Shown here piece by piece: positions 39,961 through 54,100 of a stretch of DNA of 64,000 nt. The notes under the pieces are model-generated. The model made no database searches, was not told where the DNA came from, and saw nothing but the letters and a program-made list of their open reading frames with translations. This DNA comes from Octopus sinensis (Eukaryota), in assembly GCF_006345805.1 (NCBI RefSeq), contig NC_042999.1:62496001-62560000 (forward strand), in the 5' to 3' direction. The translations under genes were made by a program, and so were the position numbers. Each line of letters starts with the position of its first letter. The first letter of the stretch is position 1.

Positions 39961-42900
39961 CAACACACACACACACATGTTTCAGTTTCTGTTTATAAAA
40001 TCCATTCAGAAGGCTTTGGTCAGCCCAGAGTATATAGTAAAATACACTTACTGAAGGTACTGTGCAGTAAGATTGAACTGAAGACCATGTAGTCCAGAAG
40101 CAAACTTCTTAACCACACAGCGATACCTGCACCATGCTATTATTTTAAAGTTGATGGTTGAGAACAAGCCATAGATTTGTTTACAACAATAGAAATTGTG
40201 CAAAATCTCACCAACATTACATTTCAAATTTTCATGGAATCAGCTTGTCTCTTAAATTTGATATTAATAATAAATGTAAATGATGACAGAATACTTAAAG
40301 TAAGAAATTAAATCAATAATTTGCAGCATCTATACCTATATTCGTCTTCAAGTAGTGTTGTTGTCAGGTGAAGCAACTATAAATTCCTTTTAGCATGACA
40401 AACACAAAAGCTAAGTTCTGTTTTACCTGAACAGAAAATCAACTGAATTAAAAGGTACTATAGATATACTCTTTTTCACTCTTTTTACTTGTTTCAGTCA
40501 TTTTGACTGCAGTCATGCTGGAGTACCGCCTTTAGTTGAGCAAATCGACCCCAGGACTTATTATTTGTAAGCCTTGTACTTATTCTATCGGTCTCTTTTG
40601 CCGAACCACTAAGTTACGGGGACGTAAACAACCATCGGTTGTTAAGCGATGTTGGGGGGACAAACACAGACACACAAACATACATATATATATATACATA
40701 TATATACATACATATATATATATATATATATACGACACATATGTATATATATATACGACATATATATATATATACGACGGGCTTCTTTCAGTTTCCATCT
40801 ACCAAATGCACTCACAAGGCTTTGGCTGGCCCAAGGCTATAGTAGAAGACACTTGCCCAAGGTGCCACGCAGTGGGAATGAACCCAGAACCATGTGGTTG
40901 GTAAGCAAGCTACTTACCACACAGCCACTCCTGCGCCTATACTTGAAAAAATATTTTTGAAATTATATGCTGCACTGAATGGTAAAATAATTTTTTTTTT
41001 AAATAGACAAAAATAAAAATCTAATCTTTGTTTTTATCTATCATTTCTGTCATTTCAGATTCGAATGTGGTATGATGATAGTCGTTGTGAATTGTCAATT
41101 TGCATTGTCAGTGCCCTGGACCTACTTCCTTCAGCAGATGGCAAACTGCGCAACCCATACTGTAAGCTGTATTTACTTCCTGACAAAAGGTAAAAATTTT
41201 AATTATACTTTACCATCCATTATTGATCATAATTCCTTAATCCATTCAACTGTTTTACTGCGTAAATCAGGTATATTTATCTACTCAAAATCTCCTTGCC
41301 CTTAATCATTTAAAGCAGTTTTATATCCCAATCAATCTTTTATTGGGGAATGTCATATTTGAAAGTATTTTTTGTTGAGATATGTCAAGTTTATTGAGGC
41401 AATGTGACTTGCAGAAAATATCAATTCTATTTTTGATAGATGTGTAACATCATTACTGAAATCATCATCATCATCATCATCATTGTTTAACGTCCGTTTT
41501 CCATGCTAGCATGGGTTGGACGGTTTGACTGGGGTCTGGGAAGCCAGAAGGCTGCACCAGGCTCCAGTCTGATCTGGCAGTGTTTCTACAGCTGGATGCC
41601 CTTCCTAATGCCAACCACTCCGTGAGTGTAGTGGGTGCTTTTTACATGCCAGGCAAGGCTGGCAACGGCCACGATCAGTTGGTGCTTTTTACGTGCCACC
41701 AGCACGGAAGCCAGTCAAGGCGGCACTGGCATCGACCACGTTCGGATGGTGCTTTTTATGTGCCACCGGCACAGGGATCACAACTATAATTTCCATTGAT
41801 TTTTTATGTTGATGTACTTGACTTAATATCTATGAAATTTCATTTCATAATTAAAGAGTTAAACAACTATTTTCAAAATTTTTTTCTTCACTATAACATT
41901 ACTGTATTCATTGAAGAAGCTAAAATTTTTAAAGGACTATCGGAAGTTTCTTCAATCTAATTACATTACCAAGACTAGTGACTTAAAGTAAACAAATGAA
42001 ATATTTGTCAAGGTAAAGCACCATCTGTTTTCTATTCACTTTCTCAAGCACGTTGCTTTCACTGAATAGATACATAGCAGTGAGTACTCTTTCATCTTAT
42101 GTAATGCAACAAGATAAGTTTACTAGTGCTGATGCTACAACAAAATGCATTCAGTACTCTATAAAGTGGTTTGGCAAACAAGAAAAGGCATTGTATGGTC
42201 AATCAACACCCTTTAGTTTTATTGAGAACATGACAGCTTCTCTACGATGTTGCCACAATAAAATGCACTCAGTGAACTCTGTAAAGTGGATGGTAATAGG
42301 AAAGGCATCCAGCCATAGAAACTCAGAAGATGAAATGTATGAGCAAGATATTGCCTTCCAACCTGTCTTCAAAAGTTTTAATAAGAACTGTCTATGATGA
42401 CCTGTCCAGTTCATACCAGCATGGAAAGCAGATATAGCATGATAATAATGATGATGTATGTATGTGTATCATTTATATAGCCAGAAAGAGAGGCAGAGAC
42501 AGAGAGTTAGAGAGAAATATATAGATATGAAGTCTTATTTAGACATGCATATATTTGCATGCTCGTGAAAATTTTTAATTTATGGGTGTGTATGAATGAA
42601 TGTATGTATACACAAATATTTATACATACACTATCTATCTATCCGCTCAGTCGAAGTCGACTCTCAGTTACTCGAGCCAGTGTTCTCCAGCCAGTTCTAT
42701 CCTGAGTCGCTTCTTGCAGATTGGCTATGGCCATTTCCATGTCACTCTTGATGGTGTCAAGCCAGCAGGTTCTTGGTCGGCCTCTTCCTCTCTCTGTCTA
42801 TATATATATATATATCTACATACACACATGCAGATATATATACACACAGACATGCACAAAATACATGTGTGTATCATCATCTTTTAGCATCCATTTTCCA

Positions 42901-45900
42901 TGTTGGCATGATTTGAACAATTTGAGAGGATTCAACAGGTTTGGAGACGGCATCGTCCTCCAATGTCTACTTTGGCATGGTTCCTACAGCTGGATGCTTT
43001 TTCTAATGCCAAACACTTTACAAAGTGTTCTAGGTGTTCTTTTCATGGTGCCAGCACACTACATCTGATTCCACTGATGTCCAGTTTTTCTCTCAGAACA
43101 TTTGTACAATGTCTTTCTTGCACACTTACATTACACAGCAGAGCATGCTAGCTTTATTTCTTTCCAGTCTTCTCAAATCCTCTGCATTCCAAGCCCATGT
43201 GTCACCACCATGTAGTATTGCAGTTCTAATGTAGGTGCTATACAATCTGCTTTGAGGTAAAAGATCTCTGTTGCCAGCAGTGGTACAAGCTTCCTGAACT
43301 TTTTCCAAACTGGCTACTAGTACCTTGGGTACTATGCTTTCAAAACAAGCAGTTTCCCTGCTGATTACATCTCCGAAGTAACAAAAGCTATCAACTACTT
43401 CTATGAGAACTCCAGTCATATAAGTTAATCTATTTTTTGTGTGCTCCTAGTACATAATGCTTTGGTGCAACTCATTTATGAAGCTTAATTTCTCTGTTAG
43501 TCTGCCTGTAATTCCACTACATCTCTTGTGTGTCCATTGCTTATTTCAGGTACATCATATGGAGTTTACACCTACTCTTCATCTGTATATTAAGCAAAGT
43601 CATTTCCCTGAAGATATCAGGACCTTATCTTCTTTTCTACATACTAAAACCTTAACCTTTGCAAAGTGTACCTAGAAGCCACTCAATTCTAGGTTGAGAT
43701 TCTATGCCTAGAATTTCCTCCCTAATTCCCCTATAGATTCATCAGCTTGCATCCAGTATATTCTGAAGAAGGGTACCTGCTCTAAAAGGCATCCAGATGG
43801 AGAAATTATGCTAAAATTGAACATTGTCCTCCACTCTATCTAGAAGGACAGTAACTCCGAATAAGTACTGACTGAGATCATGATGACTTCTCCCAACTCA
43901 TGCTAGCAAGGAGGGTGAACAAAAATTGATGATGATACATATATACATTTGTTCATTTTATGTCCAGTTTTCCATGGACTAGATACATATGTATTATTGA
44001 GACAAAATTTTCACAGCCAGATGCTTTTCCTGTTACTAAACCTTACCTATTTTGCAAGTGAGTTTTCATTTCATCCATTTTTGAAACCATGGTGCAACCA
44101 GACAATTTGTTAACCTGGAAATGCTTTTTGACACTGTCTATGGCTTTGCTCATCACATAATGTAAGCATTCATGCACATACGCTTATATATATATAATGG
44201 ACTTTATACAGTTTCTATGTGTCAAATATTTTCACAGGGGTTTAGTCAGCCTGGAGCTAAAGAAAAAGACACTTGCCCAAGCTGCTGTGCATGTATATTT
44301 TCATTTATATTTATTATTTATTCAAATAATTTGCTTTTTGATTTGGACAGCTAACTTTATAGCAAGCCTTCTAATGAAATGTATGTATTAATCAATGTAT
44401 ATAACACAGCTTTAATATGCATGAAGGATACACGAGGTGAATTTTGAGAATGAAATTTATTGAAAATTTTACTTTATATAAGCTACCAAATTATATGTCT
44501 CTATCTTTATACATTGGCAGTGAGAAAACTAAGAGACGCACAAAAACAATTCCCAACACCAATGACCCAACGTGGAACCAAACATTTGTCTATGTTGCTG
44601 GTAAAGAATCACACTTCAAACAAAGATTATTAGAAATTACAGTATGGGATTATGACAGACTTGGTGCGAGTGAATTTCTTGGAGAAGTACGTTGGTCTTT
44701 TAGTCTACTATTTATTTTTTGTTTTACAATTAAAATAGGAATTGTTGGAAAGTTCTAGCAAATTACTACTGAAAGTTTAAAATTTTACCTAAATTCTAGA
44801 ATAAACAGAGTATTTTTGTCAGTTGTGATATATAAATCCTTTACCCTTTACTTACTTCAGTCATTGGACTGTGGCCATGCAGTAGCATCACCTTGATGGA
44901 TTTCCCCAGTACTTATTTTTAAAACTGGTACTTATTCTATTGGTCTCTTTTGCCAAACTTATGAGGATGTAAACAAGCCAACACCAGTTGTTAAGTAGTG
45001 GTAGTGGACAAATACATATATATGTATATATAAAAATTAGGAAAAAAACACCTTTTATCCATTCAAAATGAACAATTAAATTACACCATCTAGAAAATTA
45101 CATAAACTAGAAATATTAAAATTAAAATAACAATAATATACCGATGATTAAGTAAATTGCAAAATAATAATAAAAACGTATATATTTGGTGTAATTTAAT
45201 TGTTCATTTTGAATTGATAAAAGGTGTTTTTTTCTAATTTTTATATATATATAATATTTTGTGAAATTTGATTTAGTATTTCTAAATTGAATTTTTCCCT
45301 GTAAGTTAGGAATAATATTCCCTCATATAATTATTATATATATATGTATGTATGTATATATATGTATATACACATAGTCACACATGTGGGGCTTCCACAC
45401 AATTTCCATCTACCAAATTCACTCACAAGTCATACCAAAGCTATAATAGAAAACACTTGCCCAAGGTGCTTTGCAGTGGAAATGACCCTAATACCACATT
45501 GTGGCAAAGTGAGCTTCTTAAGCACATAATCATGTCTGTATAAACATTTGATATTATTTTAAATTTGTTGATAACATTTTAGGATAAACACATCAGTTGT
45601 TTTAAGTAAATGTACAAATGAATTTTTTTTAAAGATATTCTTTTTTCTTCAGGTAATAATTGATTTATCTCGAGCCAATTTTAAGGATGATCCTCTGTGG
45701 TATCCACTACGGCAGCAGGATGAATCTAATATTCAACTGCCCACATCTTCCTCACGCACAGTAAGTAAACAATTTTACTATACAATACTGGAAGTTACAG
45801 GAAAGAATATGATTGGACACATTACTGAAAAGATTACTTTCTCTTTATCCTCATATTTTGTGCCACTCATATCTTCATCATTTTTATCATTGTTATTATT

Positions 45901-48900
45901 ATTATTGGGTTGTCCGGAAAGTTTGTGCCGATTTTTAAAGGAAAGAAAAAGGTCAATAAATACTTGCCATTACATTTTTAATCAACCAAATATGAACCAT
46001 TCTGTTGCACAATGCATTTCCATCTTTCCTTTAACTTGAAAATACCCTTTTCCCGGAATTGAGGTGGTTTCATGGCAAAGAATTCATCAAGGTATCTTTT
46101 TACGTCATCCAAGGAATTGAAATTTTTACCATTAAGACTATTCTGCAGAGACCTGAATAAGTGGAAATCCGAAGGAGCAATATCTGGTGAATATGGAGGG
46201 TGGGGTAACACATCCCAGCTGAGCTGCAGCAATTTTTGTCTGGTTCCCAAAGCATCAAGTGCCGAAAATGAACTTTCTTATCTTCCATTTTAAAGGGTTA
46301 CAGAATTAACACAGGTTATAGGAACATAAACCTTCTTCCACAAAAAGATAGCTTAAACTGTGCTCTAAATGGAGGTGTAGTCAAATCCTATTTTATGGAC
46401 TCAACCATGTTCTAAGATAAGTCAAAAGGTAAGCTACTATAAATCGGCACGAACTTTCCGGACAACCCAATATTATCATCTCATGTCCATTTTTCCATGC
46501 TTGTATGTGTCAGATGGAATTTGTTAAGGCTGGTTTTCTACTGTGGATGTTCCTCCTGTTCCCAACCCTCACCTGATTCCAAACAAAAACTAAACCTGTT
46601 TTGAGAATGCCATGTTAGTAAGAAATATTCTAGGCTTGATGCTAAATAAAGGAATACAACATCTTGATTTGACAAAAGAGTTTGCCGATGAATTGCAGAG
46701 GCTGTTTTGCTGCTAGAGAATGGAATATATGGAAAAGCCTTGATATGTTCATACTAGGTTTGAGGGAAATTGAATATTAAAAGAAGGGGATAATGAAGAG
46801 AGTTGTAATTCCAAAACAGAAGTGCATCTAGAAAATGTCCAACAAGGTTTATCTTGAAATTAATATTTGCATTTTACCACTGTTTAATATTATCAAATTG
46901 TTAGATTCCTATTGTACAGTATGACATTTTGCTAATATCATTCATTGGTATAAATTCTTAGATTGTTGAGTGTGAATCAACCCCAGTTTATGATTAGTAA
47001 TTGATTAGTCAATCCCAGAGGGATAAAAAGCAACGTCAAATCTAACAATATTTGAACTAAGCTAAATGGATAGAGCTAAATTTGAAGCTTTTCTTTTTTT
47101 CCTGCACCATTATTGTTAAATATTTTAACATTATAAACAGTTTATTAATATTAACCGTACTTTTATCACATCTACAAAAAAACATTATGAATTTACTAAA
47201 TTTTAAATTTCTTTTCTCAGAAAAGTAGCCATGATCCTGGTGATATTCAAAAGGTTCATCTTTCCCCACCTGTTGGCTCTCGGGGTTTCAGTGACAGTGA
47301 TATGTCAGAATTTGATTATGATGACAGTTTTCAAACAGGTAAAATCTTGCACGATGTTTATTCGAAATTTATAAAGTCACTTAATGTATCATTTTCTCAA
47401 ATATTTATAACTGGATGCAGCTATAATTGTACTGGCACTTGATATAGTCTGACGACTATTTCCTTTGGTGTTTTTCAAACTTTTTCAAATACTACTCTTA
47501 TAAGCTGTATAATAAACTATTACTTTGTTTTTATTGATTGTTTGCATCTCTCTGTAATATTCTTTATATTATTCAGCATGCTGAACAAAATAATTTTGAA
47601 AAACTATTATCCTTAAAGTGCTCTATCCATTGATGAAGCTTAACTTATAAATCACACTTGAATCTGTTGTGGTTAATATTAAAAAATTCCTCTTTCAGCT
47701 TATTGAAACTGTTGTTATAATGCAGCATCTACTGTGTAGTTGTATGTATTTTGCTGTCATTTTACTAAACTGTTCTTTGTTTTGTGTAATTTGAAATGCG
47801 CAGTGATGTTTTGAAAAAAAATCTTGATTCTACAGAAATTCAAGACATTCTCAACTCATTTTAAAAAATAGCATGTCATTTATTATTATTATTTCATTTA
47901 TTTATTTATGTATTTTTGTATATTTTCATGTTGTTTAACATAATTATTGCAAACATCAAAAGATTTTTAAAAAATATACTTTGTGATCTAGATACTAAAA
48001 TCACTTTATAAAAATTTATAGGCTTAACTAAAAATTATGATCCCGTTTGTTTCCTTTATAGCCAACATGTTATAGAAGATAAAATCAGGTTCCTGGATAT
48101 ATAAGTGTAATAGAGCATCAATAATCATCATCATTGCAATCATCCTCATCATCTTCATTATCATTAGTTAACATCAATTTTTTTCATGTTGGTATAGGTT
48201 AAACACAGATTAATATCAACAGCTTACCTTAGATTGATGTCCTAAACCATTATTTACTTAATACTTTGGTTTTTCAATTCTTCATGAGAACATGTATAAG
48301 CAAAACTAAACTCACCTGGAGCTAGAATTATTTTACACTACATGTTTGATTATAAAATGTGGTTTTCTTTTTCCCAGAAATTCTCTCTGAGAAAGATGGG
48401 TCACCTTATACTCAAATTCTTACAACAATGCTCATATTTAACAAAGATACATATGAGCAGTTTTAAAGCACAAAATATATGCATTCAAACATATATATCT
48501 TATATTATGTGTAAATAGTATTTATTTTCATTAAACATAAAGTTCATTCTTTTAGAAAAATAATAGAATCAAGTGAAATGCAGTGAAATATAAAGCTTGT
48601 TTTTACCAACCTCTATGTTACAAAATGAAAAATTTGTCTGTTTGGGTATTAAAACTCTGGACCTAAACAGATAAGACTAAATGTTGTGAGGTATTTAGTA
48701 TATAACTTTATTGTAAACATTACAAATACTATTTCAAATTTCATATTACTTTACATAAGCTCAAAATATTCAACTTGAACATCTATTTGATCAACATGGA
48801 TTAAATTGGCTTGAGTAGTGATTTATAATCAATTAAATTATTCCATCCATTCATCAAGATCCTAGGATGTTAATGAAATAATATGCAATTATGTTTCTAA

Positions 48901-51130
48901 CAATAATATTTTCTCTAAAGATCTTCTAAGTTGCCCAAATTATATAAATATTCTTGATCTATTATTTTGTATAAAATAAGACGTTGAGAACCTGTGTTAC
49001 AAATAATGCTTGGAACTTCACTTGTGTGTAAAATTAACATGTCTAGAAATTATTAAATCTAGTGAAGTTAGAAAGGATAATGGGTTTAACAGCCTAGTTA
49101 ATACTTCCTATTATGTTTTATCCTCACTGCTTCTTTCGTTCTTCCTTCCACACTTATCATGTTGACTTACAACTGCTTACAGCACATTTTCAGTGAAGAT
49201 TTATCATCTATAGTACTCATATTGCTTCGTTGTCAAGTGAATTTATATGGCACCATGTTTTTTATATATTCATCATTCATTATTTAACATCCAGTTTTAA
49301 CCATGTTTATATGTATTAGAAAGATCTACTCACCCACAGCTCTCATTGAGCATGAATAAGGAAAAGTGAAATAACTTATTGGAATATGAATAATATTCAA
49401 TCATACTGAGTTATGAGCAACACAAAAAATAGTATAATATAGTAATAAAATTGTAACAAAGTATTACCCAGTCAAAAAGAAAATATTTCATCACTATCAA
49501 ACCATATATTATCATGTTGTATAATCTCATTTGTGGCACATGATATCTGCAAAATAATTGCTAAATCTATTTGACAGCATATTTGAAATAAAGTAATACA
49601 CTTTAACAGTATTACTGTTTCAGTTTAAAACATGAAAATACTGAGGTTTTCTAGCTGTTTACATACTATATTACATGATTTTAAATGTTAACACTAACAA
49701 CATTGATCTGGATGAGTAAGGTTCACAGTTCTAGTTGTCTTAGGCATTTTTTTTTCCTAAAAATATGTATCATTCCCAATTCATGATTCAGTGATTTACA
49801 TTAGAAAAGTCTTCGTATTATGAAGTATTTGCTTCAACAGTGCATACAATATATAAATATGTTCAACTTATGACTGTACTTGCATACAAAATGAGTATAA
49901 AAGCTGAAAATGTATGTTAAGTCTAAAAGATGGCTAAAACAGCTGCCAATCTCTGTTTAAATATAATAAAAATGATAAAACTACAATGCACTTTTGTAAG
50001 TACATAAGAGAAAGAATAGCATTTGTACATGTGTGTAAACCAGCCATGGGCAACCTGTGACCCACAGGACTCTGAATGGCACACCTGTAATGAAAAACTA
50101 CCTTGAATTTTTTAGTCATGCAGCCTACCAGATGTTGAGCCATGTCTCATGTGGTCTGCTTCTCATAAAAGGTTGCCCGTGCCTGGCATAAACCATGTAT
50201 ATCTACAATCTCACAATTGTGTTATTTCCCTTCTTAACATGAGTTAAATATATCTAACATTTTGCATCCTCACACTGGATTAAGGTAGGTCTGTACTGAT
50301 TGGTAACAATTTGTATATTGGAGCATGTAAAACTTAACCAATATTTGTACGGATATATACATCTATATATTTACGCATGCCTACATTTGAGTATTACAAA
50401 CATGTAATATGCATATGTTTCTCTAATACTATTCAACGATATTTTGTTTTTATCTTTTTTATTATATTTCTCTTTGTAGTTCAATGATCTACCAGTTTTG
50501 TACTGATTAATTCTTTAGGTTCCTAAGTGTTCCAGTTTTACTAAATTATTAATTCTATCTAACTTGCTTGTTTTAACTGCTATCTGCCCAGGTGCTGCTC
50601 TTTTAGAAAGGATGGGTGGAAGCAGCATCAGCTCTCTGAGTAGCGCCATCAGTGCAGCACACCTCAATGAGGATTATTCTGAGATTATGGATGGCAGGTG
50701 CAAATCTCGCAGAGATCGTGGGGTTGGATCACCAACTACCAGACGGCGCAGTGGGACAGGTAGATTCTATTAGTACCAATGGACTTCTTTCTTTCTTCTC
50801 TCACCTTTGTTTTAATTTCTGCTTCAGTCAGATATATTTTAAGAGGCAGAAGTGGTAGAGCGTCAAACAAAATACCTTGTGATATTTTAATGACTCTTTA
50901 CTTTCTAACTCCTCAGATATCAACTTTGCCTTTCGTCCTTCCAGGATTGATAAAATAAGGTACCAGTCTTGTACTGGGGTTGGTTTAATTGATTATATCT
51001 ACTCCTAAATTTTTTGCTTCTTGCATGTGTAAGAAATCAATAATTAACTATTAAATATATATTTTTTAATTTTCACAGTATTTGTGTACATTATATATAT
51101 ATATATATATTATATATATATATATAATGC

Positions 51131-51198
<68 letters not shown>

Positions 51199-54100
51199 TA
51201 TGCCAAGGTTGAGAGAAAAGTTAAGAACATCCATAAAATTGCTCTTCACAAGAGTACTTATTCTCATTATAGTGTCTTTTACCTGAAATTTTTTATTTAT
51301 CTAGTTACACTGTCAATGTTTTCATAAAAAACTTCCTAACCCTGTGTCACCTTGCTGTATTTCCTAATTTTATTTATTGCCTATTTAATGTATTTTATTT
51401 TGTTTGGTTTTTAAATCCCACGTTTTTACATTTTCTTTGTATGTACTTATTTTCTTCCCATAAATTTCCTCCTTTTTATGTTATTCAGGTTTTACAGTCA
51501 GGGTTTTTTCACAATTTTTTTTTTTTTTTGTAGGTTTCTAAATTACTTTCTACTGGCAAAATTAATTTTAATTTTATCAAATTTCCTTTGCATGCTTTAT
51601 CATTTGCATTTACTCATTTAAAGCTTTTGATTAAAAATATTTTTATTATATATATGAGACAAAAATATTTGTCTTTTTTTTTTTCTCAGACTTAAAGGGT
51701 TGTTCCATAGTAACTTTTTTAATGTAGATTTCAATGCCACAAATTATTCCTTCATTTGTCCCAGAAAATTTTACTGTATATATATCATAGTGATTTTTGA
51801 AAGCTAGAACATAGCTACAAATCTTTGAAAAGATACAGTCAACTTGATACCCACCCCTATCAACCAAGTCGTTATTTTAGCAGTCTAGAAACATTAATGA
51901 CAAACAGCATTGATCTTGTCAGTAATAAAACTCAAAGTATAAGACGTGTACTTAAATACCTCATAGACAGATAATCAGCCAGGCAGATAGATCGATAGAT
52001 ATATCATAGTAAATACAAAGCAAAAAAAGGGTTAATTGAATAAATATTTCAAAGTAAAGTATTTTTCACAATATAATTATTAAGGCTCAAATTTTAAAAC
52101 TGTGTATTTGCATAATCATATATTCAACTGTAATGAATTGATACTATTCTAGAGAATACCAATTTTTTATTAAAATCAAATCTATCAGATAAAAACTATA
52201 TATATTAAATGATTTCAACAAAACAAAATGTTAATTTACAATATTTTACTCTTTATTTAAGTACAGTCAGTTGTACTTAATTGCACAGCCTTGGTTATTA
52301 AAATTACTATGCAATAAAATGAATTCACATAGTTGGCAATAAATTATGATTTCACTATATCATCATTAATAAGGTTTATACATGCATATAAATTATATAA
52401 TAAAACAGGGATAGCACATTTTCATTGATTTTTCAGGGGTTTTTCTACTTACAGAGCATTTTGTGTAAAGATAATTGGCTAATGTTCCATTCAGTCCAGT
52501 CTCTATTTTTCATTATTGATATGTATAGCATGATAATTTGTTTGATTTATTCTTTTTGATAATTTTTAAAATTCTATTTGATATTCTCCTATTACCCAAA
52601 CTAAAACAGATTAATGTCTTGATAATGTCTGTCATATTATTTTCCTCAAGTCCAAACTGTCTATTTTATTGATATGTATTGACAGGCCCAATCACTTATC
52701 TAATTTCCATTGAGGTTTTACAACTCCTTTTGATGTTCTTGAATTACCAAAGCTAACCAGATTCATACATCCTGATAACAACCTTCACACACTTTGAATA
52801 ACTCAATTAAAATTAGGATTATACAAGTTAAGAAAAACTTAATTGAGTTTGACAGGTTAAGAAATATTTCAGTTAGTTACAGGCTTTAATCAATAAAGAA
52901 AAGTGCAAAATAACTTGATTTAAAACTATCGTTTTACAAGTTTTATCAACAACGAAAATTAATTAATTGAAGAAACTTATTACATTAAAATTACATCAGA
53001 ATCTGGACTTCAGATTCACTGAAATATTTACATAACAAAAATTGAATATATTTGATTCTTATGACATCGCTTGGTTATAAACCATGATGCCCCAACTATT
53101 TTCAGTTTAACTCATTGAGAAAACGAAAACTCTTAGAGTTATTTCATTCATATATTAGCTCTTAAGGTTTTGTATAATGAAGTATCACATATGACTGCAT
53201 CAGTCAGCCACTGCTGAAATGTATGATATCATACAAATTGTGCTAACCTTGTTTACATTCATGTTGAAACTCTAATATTACAGAAAAATCTCTAACTCTT
53301 TTCTCTATCATTTATTTCTGTTCATTATAGTAATGAGTTTTGACAGGATGTTAAGCAATTAATCAAAGGTTCAATTACATTTTACCATCCTTTTACATAA
53401 AATCAGAGAAAAACCTATATTAATTAACTAAAATTGACTTTTACCATTCAATTTTTTTTTTACATAGACTTGATACTAAATGATGGTTCAGAGTTTTCAA
53501 AGGTTATTCAATTAATCAAGTTATGCAATTAAATGGAATTGACTGACTATATGTCATTGCTTTAAAAGCAGCTTGAAGTTGCATCTTCTTTATTTTTAGA
53601 TTATTTTCATCATATTCCAGCAGTAATAAGTTACCAGCATCCTTTGAAATGTGCTCTTTTTATATTTCATCAATGAAATATCGTGTCATATTCATCACTC
53701 ACAACTTCTAACATTGAATATGCAGAAACTGAACCTTTTATGACATATTGCACCTAACAGGTTCTATTGCATCAACTCCTTGTAATTTTGAACAATTTTT
53801 TTTATCCCAAAAATATTTATGACTAAATCCTGTTAATCATTCCCAACAGCTACCCCAACTCTTTCTTATATGGAGACATATAGCTTAGTGGTTAGGGTGT
53901 TGGACTCATGGTCATAATATTGTGGTTTCAATTCCTGGACTGGGTGATGCATTGTGTTCTTGAGCAAAGCACTTCATTTCACATTGCTCCAGTCCATTCG
54001 GTTGGCAAAAATAGGTAGTCCTGTGACAGACTAGCGTTCCATCCAGGAGGGAATATATGCACCACAGAAACCCAGGAACTGGTTCTATTAGTCTATATTG

